The notes under the pieces: generated by a model
The model's input: only the letters and a program-made list of their open reading frames with translations
What the model was told of the DNA's origin: nothing
Databases searched by the model: none
Part shown: positions 46,853 through 56,449 of the stretch, one piece after another
Layout: every line of letters starts with the position of its first letter
Numbering within the stretch: position 1 is the first letter of the stretch
Position numbers and translations under genes: made by a program
From: Candidatus Woesearchaeota archaeon
Lineage (GTDB): Archaea; Nanobdellota; Nanobdellia; Woesearchaeales; UBA525
Assembly (NCBI GenBank): GCA_027371725.1
Contig: DAHXMN010000001.1
Coordinates: forward strand, 400 to 64,399
Direction of reading: 5' to 3'
Length of the DNA stretch: 64,000 nt

Positions 46853-46928
46853 CCCGGCACAAGATATTAATTATCTATAAGTAGTTAATTAGATAATATT
46901 TATAAATTTGCGCCTTCTCCGAATAGTG

Positions 46929-47423
46929 ATGGAACGACCCGCAATCTCACCGATCGTCAAGCCCGGCCACTACACGCACGTCTCAGCCTCGGAGATGCTC
47001 GACCAGCTCCTCACCGAGAACCTGGGACTCGCCGTCGCCGTGGCCACGTTCAAGCCGGACCCGTTCAATCCGCTCTTCAACGAGTACGGGCTCGGCCATC
47101 TCACGCACCCGTTCCTCGTCAATGACGCCACGAACCGCGCGTACAGCCGCTTCCTCTCAGAACATGCTGTCGGCGCCTCGGCCATCATCATTCCCGGCAC
47201 CGCACCAAGCGCACAGGATCTCGTGGTGCCGACCGCTCAATGGCTGAAGAGGCTCGGCCTGAATGCGGAACCTTTCCCCCAGGCATCTTATTCAGACCGC
47301 GATGTCAACCGTTCGGTCATGCTCTTCCGGGATGGCCGCATGGAGATCAAGACGCAGTACGCCCGCAAAGACCCCCGTCTCGCACCGATCCTCTTCGATT
47401 TCAGGGAGCGACGGTTCGCGTAA
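46929..47423 (+). CDS. Hypothetical protein
   Basis: Host-like codon usage; TATA at ~46899-46906. Confidence 0.6.
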   Translation: MERPAISPIVKPGHYTHVSASEMLDQLLTENLGLAVAVATFKPDPFNPLFNEYGLGHLTHPFLVNDATNRAYSRFLSEHAVGASAIIIPGTAPSAQDLVVPTAQWLKRLGLNAEPFPQASYSDRDVNRSVMLFRDGRMEIKTQYARKDPRLAPILFDFRERRFA

Positions 47424-47639
47424 CCCTCTTGGGCACGACAAGCCCTGTCGGCATCATCGCCGTGGGCTGCTCGCGTATCGCTCTAGCGACTGAATGGCCT
47501 CCTCCCCGTAGGGGGCAACCCCCTCGTCGGCCTTCGCCGTTCTCTTCGTCACGCTCGCCCTTTGGTCGACGGCGATGATGATGTCGACACGCCTGGCACG
47601 ACAAAAAGATTTATAAAGCGTTCCCAGTTCACGCGACGC

Positions 47640-47909
47640 ATGGAACTGAACGTTCTCGAAAAGAAGAAATACCGACTCATCTTCGAGTTGCCGGGCGCAG
47701 ACCACACGCTCTGCAACGCCCTCAAGACTGAGCTGTGGAACGATGGCGACGTCAAGGTGGCGACGTACACGATCAACCACCCTCTGGTCGCCGTGCCCAA
47801 GTTCATCCTCGAGACGAAGGGCAAGGATGCGGCCGAGGCGCTCGTCGAGGCGATTGGCCGGCTCCAGAAGCAGTTCAAGTCCTTCGCGACCGTGCTCGCC
47901 AAGGTCTGA
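47640..47909 (+). CDS. rpoL: DNA-directed RNA polymerase subunit L (Rpo11)
   Basis: DHTLCNALK..L and A.Y.I.HPL motifs; 89 aa; TATA about 25 nt upstream. Confidence 0.93.
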   Translation: MELNVLEKKKYRLIFELPGADHTLCNALKTELWNDGDVKVATYTINHPLVAVPKFILETKGKDAAEALVEAIGRLQKQFKSFATVLAKV

Positions 47910-48217
47910 GGCCTGCCGTCCACTACGTTCTTTGTTCTCTCCGTTCTTCTCTTCTTGCTCTACGTTCTTCACGTCCATCCTTACTGCGTCCGTTCTCGTT
48001 TCCGGGAATGCCGCCTTGGAACAATGCCCCGCGGCGCGCTTGGCACCGCAGTGCCAATCCGCTACGCGCGTTGCGGACAATCTGCCCGGACCGGAGGGAG
48101 AGCAATATCTCCGCGGCACTCCCGGAAACGTCTTTTTCCCCGTTTCCTGTCATTTTCATCAACTGTTGGCCGTCCTTTAGCAGAACATTTTTTAAGGCGG
48201 GAAGCAATAGACCTCCT

Positions 48218-48778
48218 ATGGATGAACGAGTCGGTACGCTCTTGATACGCTTGGCGCGACAGGCCATCGAGACCGCATTCACGAAGCGCGAAATCGACCT
48301 CTCGCAGTACAAGACTGAGAAACAGCTGGCTGGACGGCTCGGCGTCTTCGTCACCCTCACGAAGGACGAGGAATTACGCGGGTGCATCGGCTTCGTCGAA
48401 GGCGAACTTCCCCTGTATGGGGGTGTCGTCCACGCCGCCAGGGCGGCCGCGTTCGACGACCCACGGTTCCCCTCGCTCGAGCCCGAGGAGCTCGGCGAGG
48501 TCAGGGTCGAGGTGAGCGTCCTCACCCCGCCCAAGCGGATCAAGGTTCGGAACCCGGAAGAGTACCTGGGGAAGGTCCGTGTCGGCCGCGACGGCCTCAT
48601 CATCCGGAAAGGATTCTACTCGGGACTGCTGCTGCCGCAGGTGCCGGCCGAGTACGGGTGGAGCGTCGAGACGTATCTCGAGCACCTCTGCCTGAAAGCG
48701 GGGCTGGAGCCGAAGGCGTGGAAGGAGAAAGGCGTCGAAATAGAGGCGTTCCAGGCAGAGATCTTCTCAGAGAAGTAA
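48218..48778 (+). CDS. AMMECR1 domain protein (AmmeMemoRadiSam A)
   Basis: GVFVTL, LRGCIG, DPRF, EVSVL and GLLLPQV. Confidence 0.95.
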   Translation: MDERVGTLLIRLARQAIETAFTKREIDLSQYKTEKQLAGRLGVFVTLTKDEELRGCIGFVEGELPLYGGVVHAARAAAFDDPRFPSLEPEELGEVRVEVSVLTPPKRIKVRNPEEYLGKVRVGRDGLIIRKGFYSGLLLPQVPAEYGWSVETYLEHLCLKAGLEPKAWKEKGVEIEAFQAEIFSEK

Positions 48779-48996
48779 GCGTCTTGAGCATTCTCTGACT
48801 CATCCGGAATATGCTGGTGATGTCTGCTGCCGTACTGTTTATTGATAATTTCCTGCAACACAGATATCGCGAAGAGAATAATGGGTGGGGTGTAGATTCC
48901 TTTTCGGTTCTTTCCAAGATAGTCTATGACTCTTCGGAACCCCGAAATATGCCCTGAATCCACATCATCAAGGAATCTATGGCGCACAAGAGATGC

Positions 48997-49548
48997 CTAC
49001 TCCGCGTCCCGGACGCAAGACGAGCAGACGAGCAGCCCGCGTATCGTCGAGAGCCTGTTCGAGAAATTGCCGCAGAGGTTGCATTCGCCCTGCTTGAACT
49101 CCGCGACGGGCTTCCGGTGGGCCTCGCGGATCTCGTACTTGTCCACGATGAGGTCGAACAATTCCGGTTCGATGCGGAGGATGTCCTTGACGGTGATGAA
49201 ACCGACGAGGTTCCCGTCATCCAGCACGGGCAGGTGACGGACGTCGAGCTCTCGCATCAGGTTGAGGGCGTCGAAGACGTCCATGCCCGGGCCGGCAGTC
49301 GCCATCTCGGACGCAGGCGTCATGATCCGGCTGACCGGCGTCTTCTGGACGTCCATCGCCTCCACCATGGCTTTCCGCACCAGGTCGAACTCGGTCACGA
49401 TGCCCGCAAGTTCCTCGCCTCGCTTGAGGAGGACGCTGCCTACCTTCTTCTCTTTCATCAGCCGTGCGACGGCGTGGAGCGAGTCCTCGGCCGCGGCCGT
49501 AATCGGCCGCGTCGTCATGGCGTCGATGACCTTGTACCCTGTCCGCAT
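48997..49548 (-). CDS. CBS-pair protein with C-terminal zinc ribbon
   Basis: GIVTEFD, RHLPV, GFITVKDI; CNLC...CSSC. Confidence 0.92.
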   Translation of the reverse strand: MRTGYKVIDAMTTRPITAAAEDSLHAVARLMKEKKVGSVLLKRGEELAGIVTEFDLVRKAMVEAMDVQKTPVSRIMTPASEMATAGPGMDVFDALNLMRELDVRHLPVLDDGNLVGFITVKDILRIEPELFDLIVDKYEIREAHRKPVAEFKQGECNLCGNFSNRLSTIRGLLVCSSCVRDAE

Positions 49549-49700
49549 GGCAACTACCCCGTCCGAATATCCTGTCCGTGCACAGGGAAGCATCTTATTT
49601 AAAGTTGCCGCCGGCCGGCTTCCCGACGGAGAAAGGGATGAACGGACGAAGAGCGCCATTCAGAAGATCGCGCCGTTGAAGCCGTCGATGAACGGCGTGC

Positions 49701-49949
49701 CTAGAACGCGAGATGCAGGAAATGGAGTATCAGTACCGCGGCGAAGCCGAAGATGCCGAAGACCGCAGTGAGGAGGACGCTCCACACGTCGATGATGAGT
49801 GAGGGCACCACGAGCTGGATCGCATAGAGCGCGAAGAACCCGATGATCGAGTTGACGGCGAGGAGCAGGCCGGTCTTGATCCCCCACCAGAGCAGTCCGA
49901 GGAGCAGGAAGAGGAGGACGATGCCGACAAGGATCAGCCAGAGGTACAT
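49701..49949 (-). CDS. BofA-like small membrane protein
   Basis: VNSIIG...I.I....L....GIFG pattern. Confidence 0.7.
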   Translation of the reverse strand: MYLWLILVGIVLLFLLLGLLWWGIKTGLLLAVNSIIGFFALYAIQLVVPSLIIDVWSVLLTAVFGIFGFAAVLILHFLHLAF

Positions 49950-50055
49950 GGTTACGGTTTGCCGACAGTGGTTTATATTTCTTTCCCCAATCCGCTCACA
50001 AGAGTCCTCTCAACAAACTAAAAAATTTATATACTATTCATGAGTAATTACAATT

Positions 50056-50463
50056 ATGCGTCTTTATCGAAGAATCGCACCCCATGCGCTCCTGCTCGGC
50101 GCTGCAGGGCTCGGTCTCGTCGGTTGCTCTGAGCAATCCGCTCAGAGACGACCAATGGCCGAAAACAAGCCGAAACCGATGGAATCGATGTATATGCGCG
50201 GAACCCTCAAATCCGAGCGCTTCCAGAAGAACCCGGCTGACCCGAATGAGTATTTCTTCACGCTCACGACCGAGAACGGATTCAAGATGTTTGAATGCTA
50301 TGGTGATGAGGAGGCTCAGATGATGGATGCCTTGCTCGATCCGGGAGATGAAGTTAAGATCGAGATCCCCGAAAGGGAACGGAAGTACAATCGTTTTTGT
50401 ATCGATCTCGGCGATATCGTCGAGCTCAATGGGAAGCAGCCTTTCCCTCGGAGAACATCATAG
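50056..50463 (+). CDS. Putative lipoprotein, hypothetical
   Basis: Lipobox-like LVGC after a signal peptide; OB-like strands. Confidence 0.6.
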   Translation: MRLYRRIAPHALLLGAAGLGLVGCSEQSAQRRPMAENKPKPMESMYMRGTLKSERFQKNPADPNEYFFTLTTENGFKMFECYGDEEAQMMDALLDPGDEVKIEIPERERKYNRFCIDLGDIVELNGKQPFPRRTS

Positions 50464-50489
50464 CCTTACGTTCTTAAGCGCTCCGGTTC

Positions 50490-51251
50490 TTAAGCGCTCT
50501 GACGCAGTCTCGTCCACAGCAGCGCTACCGTCCGTCGCGCGAGCGGCTCGAGGTTCCGGCAGTCCGCTTCGTTGTACTGGATGAGGAGGTCGAGCAGCTC
50601 CTTCTCCTCGGTGACACGGTACTCGTACCACAGGAGGGCGGCGTCAGCGCCGCTGAACCCTTCGATCTCCTCCCCTCGGCGTATATCGAAGACGCGCTCG
50701 ATCGTCTTGAGGCCGCCGGCCAGGCCGAGGCGGGCGCAGACGTGACGGAGGTCGACGTGGATCGCGTCCGGCGGCAGGACGCCGCCGAAGTACCGCTCGA
50801 TGATCGGCAGGTCGAAGCTGCTCCCGTTGAACGTTATGAAGACCTTATAATGCGAGAAGAGATCCCGTACGAGTTCCTTCTCGAGATTCGTCCCTTTGAC
50901 GAAGCAGTAGTACCTCTGGCCGTCCCACGCGCCGAGCACGGTGATGTCGCCGTACCGCTCGGCGGTCTCGATGTCGACGTAGAGGCACTCCTCGCTGAAG
51001 AGGTGATAGAGCCGCCAGTGCTCGTTCCGTGGCAGGAGCGCGGCGAGGGCACGATGGTCCTTCTCTTCGAGCAGTCCTTCGAACTCCTTGATCTTGAGCT
51101 CATAGAACGTCTTCCGGGACATCCCGATGCCCCGTATCCGTTTCCGTTCGCGGAACGAGTTCCAATCGGCTATCCCTTCGTCCCAGAGTTTCCGTTCCAT
51201 CGCCCGGCTCACCCGGTCGAGGAAGATGAATGATTGCGTGAGCGGCTCCAT
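50490..51251 (-). CDS. YprB/RNase_H_2 exonuclease family protein
   Basis: YVDIET, TFNGSSFDLP, HVDL, GGLK and YNEAD. Confidence 0.9.
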   Translation of the reverse strand: MEPLTQSFIFLDRVSRAMERKLWDEGIADWNSFRERKRIRGIGMSRKTFYELKIKEFEGLLEEKDHRALAALLPRNEHWRLYHLFSEECLYVDIETAERYGDITVLGAWDGQRYYCFVKGTNLEKELVRDLFSHYKVFITFNGSSFDLPIIERYFGGVLPPDAIHVDLRHVCARLGLAGGLKTIERVFDIRRGEEIEGFSGADAALLWYEYRVTEEKELLDLLIQYNEADCRNLEPLARRTVALLWTRLRQSA

Positions 51252-51274
51252 CCGGGAAACACGGAAAAAACCGT

Positions 51275-52300
51275 TTATAACTGCTGTGCCTGGCTGTCCA
51301 GTGGCTTCGCGAACGTCGCCGCCATGAGGAGCGGGAACACGATCGTGGCGTCGCAGTGGACCTTGACTGCAGGGGTGCGGGGCTTGATCTTCCCCCACGT
51401 GATGGCTTCGTCGATCCTTGCACCGGAGTCGGAGCCGTCATACTCCTCGGCGGTGTTGATATAGACCGCGTAGTCCAGCCCTTCGCGGAAGATGCACGCG
51501 TTGAGGATGTAGTGCTTCGCCACGCCCGCGCCCAGGATGATCGCGCCGGCCTTCTCCGCGTTCAGCGCGAGCTTCACGATGAGGTCGGTGTCCCGGCTCA
51601 CGTCGACGGTGAACTCCTTGTGCTGCTGCCGGAAGAAATGGATCAGGTCGCCGAGCGAGCCGTCCATCGGCGCCGGGCAGATGACTGGGATGCTGTTCTT
51701 CGCGGCCCAGTACAGGTAGGACTCCTCGTGGTTCGGCAGTTCCGCGACCGCTCCCCCCAGTGAGCGGTTCAACTCGTGCGTCGCGACCGCCGCAGGCAAT
51801 CCCTTGAGGACCTGCTGCATGAACTTGTCGAAATACGCGTACCTATCGTTCGGCACGAAGATGTTCCCTGTCCGGTTGATCCCGTTCTCGAAGAGCTGCT
51901 CGCCCGGCGCGTCGAAGCTGCCGACGACGAAGGGCTTCAGGCACTTGATGGCGTCCTCCTCGATGCCGCCGGCGGTGGTGACGATGCAGCTGACGAGCCC
52001 GTGCTTCGCGAGGAAGGTCAAGGCTTCCCGGTTGCCGCTGCTCACCATGTTGCTGGTGCAGCCGAGGAAAATCGTGGCTTTCTCGCGTCGCATGATGTTG
52101 ACGACGTCGATCGCCTTCGCGAGGTTCGCGGCCTGGAACCCGGTCGTCGCGAGCGCTTTGACGAACGCGTCCAGGTCGAAGCCGTCCGTGGCGTTGCGTT
52201 CGTAGCCGTATCCCCTGATCGCAGGGAGGTGGTCGAGGCTGGCGATGTTCCGCAGGCCGTCGTACTGCGCGTGTTTCCCTTTCTCTTTCGTGAGTTTCAT
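51275..52300 (-). CDS. dys: Deoxyhypusine synthase
   Basis: TGFQA, TSNMVSSG, TTAGGIEED, GVAKH and DGSDSGA..EAITWGK. Confidence 0.95.
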   Translation of the reverse strand: MKLTKEKGKHAQYDGLRNIASLDHLPAIRGYGYERNATDGFDLDAFVKALATTGFQAANLAKAIDVVNIMRREKATIFLGCTSNMVSSGNREALTFLAKHGLVSCIVTTAGGIEEDAIKCLKPFVVGSFDAPGEQLFENGINRTGNIFVPNDRYAYFDKFMQQVLKGLPAAVATHELNRSLGGAVAELPNHEESYLYWAAKNSIPVICPAPMDGSLGDLIHFFRQQHKEFTVDVSRDTDLIVKLALNAEKAGAIILGAGVAKHYILNACIFREGLDYAVYINTAEEYDGSDSGARIDEAITWGKIKPRTPAVKVHCDATIVFPLLMAATFAKPLDSQAQQL

Positions 52301-52600
52301 GGATGATCCCTCTGTGTTCTTCAGTCAGTTTTTATTCTTATACAACAAAACCCCGTTAATGACCGTCAAAAACCGATTAATCAGTTATTCTTAATTTTTT
52401 ATTAATTTATACAACGTTGACCGTCGTACTCAGAACTGGCGATGACTCGGCTCAGCTGCCGGACTTCCGCACGGAATCATGGGTCGCCATTCCCCTTGGG
52501 AAGTGTTGAGCTCCTTAAAAAAGTGATTGTTTATAAAGGAGGGGTTCCCTAATTCTTTTAGGATGGCCTGATGCGGGATTCGGCTCGGAGGCGCGAGACG

Positions 52601-52810
52601 ATGAGGGACCGACGGACGATCATGGAAGTGGTCATGGGCTTCTGGCTGGGTGTTGGCCTGATGAGCATCATCAACGTATGGAAGATCACGCAGAGCGCGA
52701 ACCCGGTCCTCTACTCCTGGATCATGTTCGGCATCTCGATATTCTTCATCCTGATATGCCTGATCTATCTGATCGCCGCAAGGGCTGCGAAAAGCACGCA
52801 TAAGACATAA
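52601..52810 (+). CDS. Small two-TM membrane protein
   Basis: Two hydrophobic helices; GGAGG SD. Confidence 0.6.
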   Translation: MRDRRTIMEVVMGFWLGVGLMSIINVWKITQSANPVLYSWIMFGISIFFILICLIYLIAARAAKSTHKT

Positions 52811-52897
52811 GGGCCGAAAAATCCCCTGTCATCCTTTGGAGGGTTTCCGGGAATCCGCGGCATAGCTTCTTTAAAAGGGGCATCTTGAAGCGTATTG

Positions 52898-53350
52898 ATG
52901 CTCACGGACAACCACTTCGCCATCCTCGCCAAGCTCCGCGAAGACAGCAGGATGAGCCTCGCCAGGATCGGGCGGGAGACCGGCCTGCCGACCAGCACGG
53001 TCTTCGACCACTATCGGGACCTCCAGAAGCGGGCGATTGCGCGCCATGTCACTATCCCTGACTTCGGCCGGCTCGGCTACCCGCTCCGGAAACGGTACCT
53101 GCTCCGCACGGCCGACCGGAAACGGACGCTCGCCTGGCTCAAGGGTCATCCGAACGTGAACGACGTCTACCGCGTGGACAGCCATGACGCTTTTTTCGAG
53201 GCGTACTTCTCCGATGTCAACGCCGCGGAAGAGTTCAAAGCCAGCCTCCGGCAAGAGCTCAAGCCGCAGGAGCTGAAGGAGTTCGATATCCTCGAAGAGC
53301 TCAAGCATGAGGTGTTCGTCGTGAAGAACAGCGTTAGAGCTTCAGCGTAA
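52898..53350 (+). CDS. Lrp/AsnC family regulator
   Basis: LREDSRMSL..IGRETGLPTSTV HTH; DFGRLG linker. Confidence 0.88.
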   Translation: MLTDNHFAILAKLREDSRMSLARIGRETGLPTSTVFDHYRDLQKRAIARHVTIPDFGRLGYPLRKRYLLRTADRKRTLAWLKGHPNVNDVYRVDSHDAFFEAYFSDVNAAEEFKASLRQELKPQELKEFDILEELKHEVFVVKNSVRASA

Positions 53351-53744
53351 TCAGGTTCGTGTAGCCGTGCTTCCGTTTCTGGATGATGCCCCTGCTTTCC
53401 AGGGTCGCGATGACGCGGCTCGTCTTGACCGCGCTCAGTTGCGTCAGGGTGGCGAGGAACTTCTGCTCCACCTCCTTCCGCTCCATGAGAGTGCGGAGGA
53501 CCTTCCGCTCGTCCGTCGGCAGGACGGCGAGGAGCTTCTCGACGCGCCGGTCGTCCAGCTTGTCGCTGAAGAGGTAGACGACGAAGCCGCCGACGCCTAA
53601 AGCGAGCAGGGTGGTGCCGTAGAGGAAGAGCGGGTACTGGATCGAGCCGCCCATGTGCGCTAGGTGGTAGAGCGAGAACGCGGTGATCAGGACGCCCAGC
53701 CCGAGGACGAGGGCGCCGGAGATGAGGATCTTCTTGGTTTCCAT
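53334..53744 (-). CDS. Two-TM protein with C-terminal winged HTH
   Basis: LPTDERKV...QKFL...SAVKTSRVI..LE.RG...GYTN. Confidence 0.8.
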   Translation of the reverse strand: METKKILISGALVLGLGVLITAFSLYHLAHMGGSIQYPLFLYGTTLLALGVGGFVVYLFSDKLDDRRVEKLLAVLPTDERKVLRTLMERKEVEQKFLATLTQLSAVKTSRVIATLESRGIIQKRKHGYTNLITLKL

Positions 53745-53775
53745 CGGTATCGCCGGAGAAAGAGGAGAAAGGTAT

Positions 53776-54129
53776 TTAAGGGTGATGGAGCTGGTGGAGC
53801 TGCCACGCCGCGTCGCTCAGGTTCGCGGGCTTCTCCGTCGGGAAGTCGCCGGTTGCCATCCACTGCTGCATGGTCTCGAAGTCCTGCAGTGAGATCCGGC
53901 CGGAGACGACCGCGTCATGCATCGGGCAGTCGAAGCCCGCCGGGTGGTAGGACGCCGCTTTCGCGTAGTCGCCGCTCGCCATCGCCTGCTGCATCGCCGA
54001 GAAGCCGTCGGCCGAGGCCATCTGCGCGTGCAGCTGGGCCATCGTGTAGTAGCCGCTCGCCGCGACGAGGGCGGCGCCGAGCGCGAGCGCCGCAATCACT
54101 GCGACGAGCACCTTCATCTTCCGTTCCAT
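53776..54129 (-). CDS. Secreted His/Met-rich small protein (possible metal binder)
   Basis: Signal peptide, CPMH, C-terminal HQLHHP. Confidence 0.65.
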   Translation of the reverse strand: MERKMKVLVAVIAALALGAALVAASGYYTMAQLHAQMASADGFSAMQQAMASGDYAKAASYHPAGFDCPMHDAVVSGRISLQDFETMQQWMATGDFPTEKPANLSDAAWQLHQLHHP

Positions 54130-54276
54130 CGATACGCCTCCGGTCCGCGAGAGATGCGGGAAAGCCGACCGGCCATCCGCTCCCGGAACCTCTCTTGCCA
54201 CCATTTCATAAGATGAAACGAAGCATAAGATTACCTGAAATCAAAGAGAAAGGGGCGGAGCAAAGACGTCGCGTGT

Positions 54277-55185
54277 CTACATCTTCTCCAGCCGCTTGAT
54301 CCGTTCCTGTATGGGTGGGTGCGTGGAGAAGAGGTTCGTCCAGAAGCCGGTGCGGTCGCGGAAGGGTGTGCTGATGAAGAGGTGCGCGGTGGCGCGGTTC
54401 GCGTGGTCGACGAGCGGGTCCGGGTCCTTCGCGATCTTCTTCAGCGCGGAGGCGAGTCCGGGCGGGTAGCGCGTCAGCATCGCGCCGGACGCATCCGCGA
54501 GGTACTCGCGCTTCCGGCTGACCGCCAGCTTGATCAGCTGCCCGATCAAGGGAGAAAGTATCGCCAGGACCAGCCCGAGCACCATCAGGATGAGCTGCGC
54601 CTGGCCGCCTTCGCGGTCGCGGCGCCCGCCCCAGAGGAACGAGCGCAGCAATATGTCCGATAGCAGCGTCAGCACGGCGACGAGCACAGCCGTCAGGAGC
54701 ATGACTCTAATATCGTAATTCTTGATGTGACTCATCTCGTGCGCGATCACGCCTTCGAGCTCCTGACGGTTCATCGTCTTCAATAAGCCGGTCGTCACGC
54801 AGATCGCGCTGTTCGACGGGTCACGGCCGGTCGCGAACGCGTTCAACGCGCTATCGTCGATGACGTAGCACTTCGGCGTCGGCACGCCGGCAGCAAGAGC
54901 CAAGCCTTCAACGGTGTTGTACAAGTAGGGATACTCCTTCTTCGTCACCGCTCTCGCCCCTGTCGTCGAGAGCACCATGTCACTCCCGGCAAACCATGCG
55001 ATCAGGAAGTAGAGCCCGCCGACGACCAACGCCAGCACGACGCCGCCCAAGAACCCGCCGGGCGCGCCGCTGAACCAGTACCAGCCAATCACGCCGCCGA
55101 TCAGCAGCACGAAGACGAAGAAGAGGAGGATGATCGCTCCCGAGCGGAGCTTGTTCTTCCGCACCTCGTCGAAGAAGGTCGCCAT
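54277..55185 (-). CDS. htpX: M48 zinc metalloprotease HtpX
   Basis: NAFATG, HEMSH, REYLAD and STHPP. Confidence 0.95.
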   Translation of the reverse strand: MATFFDEVRKNKLRSGAIILLFFVFVLLIGGVIGWYWFSGAPGGFLGGVVLALVVGGLYFLIAWFAGSDMVLSTTGARAVTKKEYPYLYNTVEGLALAAGVPTPKCYVIDDSALNAFATGRDPSNSAICVTTGLLKTMNRQELEGVIAHEMSHIKNYDIRVMLLTAVLVAVLTLLSDILLRSFLWGGRRDREGGQAQLILMVLGLVLAILSPLIGQLIKLAVSRKREYLADASGAMLTRYPPGLASALKKIAKDPDPLVDHANRATAHLFISTPFRDRTGFWTNLFSTHPPIQERIKRLEKM

Positions 55186-55208
55186 CGAATCTCACCGAAA
55201 AAAACTGT

Positions 55209-55772
55209 TTAGAACTTCACCTTGACCGGCTCCTTGTCTTCGGGTGCGGCCTCGAAGCTCTGCTCCGACTTGAAGCCCATCATGTTGGCGAACATGTTCG
55301 TCGGGAAGACTTGGAGCTTCGTGTTGTACGTCATCACCATGTCGTTGTAGAACTGGCGCGCGTACGCAATCTTGCTCTCGGTCCCGCTCAGTTCCTCCTG
55401 GAGCTGCAGGAAGTTCTCGTTCGCCTTGAGCTGCGGATAGTTCTCCGCGACGGCGAACAATGACTTGAGCGTGTCGCCGAGCGCGTTCGAGGCCTTCGCT
55501 TTTTCGGCGACCGTGCCCGCTTTCATCATGTTCGCGCGCGCCTTCGTCACTTCCATGAAGACCTCGCGCTCGTGCTTCGCGTACCCTTTCACCGTCTCAA
55601 TCAGGTTCGGGATGAGATCCGCCCGCCGTTTCAGCTGCACGTCAATCTGCGCCCAGCTGTTCTTCACCTGGTTCCTCGTCCGGACAAGCCCGTTGAACAT
55701 CAGGACGAGCCAGAGCGCGACGACGATGACGACTATCAGTATGATCCATGCTATGCCGATCATCATGATCAC
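55209..55772 (-). CDS. lemA: LemA family protein
   Basis: [18 protein letters not shown] and [12 protein letters not shown]. Confidence 0.96.
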   Translation of the reverse strand: MIMMIGIAWIILIVVIVVALWLVLMFNGLVRTRNQVKNSWAQIDVQLKRRADLIPNLIETVKGYAKHEREVFMEVTKARANMMKAGTVAEKAKASNALGDTLKSLFAVAENYPQLKANENFLQLQEELSGTESKIAYARQFYNDMVMTYNTKLQVFPTNMFANMMGFKSEQSFEAAPEDKEPVKVKF

Positions 55773-56109
55773 CTCAACCCTTTGAGCGGGTGGTTCCCGA
55801 GGACGTTTTTAAAGGTTGTGGACGTTTACGCCATCGTTGCGCTGCTCGGCAATCGCTTGTTCCGTCCGAAAGCCTCCTCCCCAGTTGGGGGCGGAGTCGC
55901 TTCGCTCCAAGGATTCCCTGGAGTACGGGGAAGCTGAGCGTTCCGTGTGCCGAACCATCCGAATCCGCGCGCCTCGGAGCCAATCTTCCCCTCGGCCTCC
56001 GTCGTTTTCCCCGTCCGTCTCGCCTTTTGGCGGGCAGCGATGAGCGACCATGCGACCATAAGTTTATAAGCCCCTTTCCATTAACACCGCCACTCAAGGG
56101 GGTGGTCCG

Positions 56110-56415
56110 ATGGGACTGTGGAAAGAGTTCAAGGAGTTTCTCGAAGAGTACAAGGTGATGGGCCTCGCGGTCGCGTTCATCATGGGCGTCGCGATCACCG
56201 CGCTCGTCCAGTCGCTCGTCAACAATATCGTCATGCCGATCATCACGCCGTTCATCCCTGGGGGAGGGTGGAAGGACGCGACGTTCAGCATTGGGCCGAT
56301 CGTCATCGGCTGGGGCGCGTTCCTCGCAGCGCTGATCAACTTCATCATCATCGCGTTCGTCGTCTTCTTGATCGCGAAGATGGTGTTCAAGGAGCAGAAA
56401 GTGACGAAGAAGTAG
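56110..56415 (+). CDS. mscL: Large-conductance mechanosensitive channel
   Basis: EFKEF, LAVAFIMG, SLVNNIVMP and INFIIIAF. Confidence 0.92.
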   Translation: MGLWKEFKEFLEEYKVMGLAVAFIMGVAITALVQSLVNNIVMPIITPFIPGGGWKDATFSIGPIVIGWGAFLAALINFIIIAFVVFLIAKMVFKEQKVTKK

Positions 56416-56449
56416 GGCTAACCTTTTTTATTCTCTTCTCTCCGAACAA

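Noticed and set aside
47997..48130. Calling this SRP RNA as a feature
   Set aside because: CC-GGAG-GG is suggestive, but the CAGG/AGCA symmetric loop and Alu domain are missing. Kept only as a finding.
48780..48990. Low-GC patch with ORFs 48600-48917 and 48616-48987
   Set aside because: Both overlap the AMMECR1 gene antisense and have no recognisable motif; probably a fragment.
52330..52430. Replication origin
   Set aside because: AT-rich, but no ORB (G-string) boxes and no adjacent cdc6/orc1.
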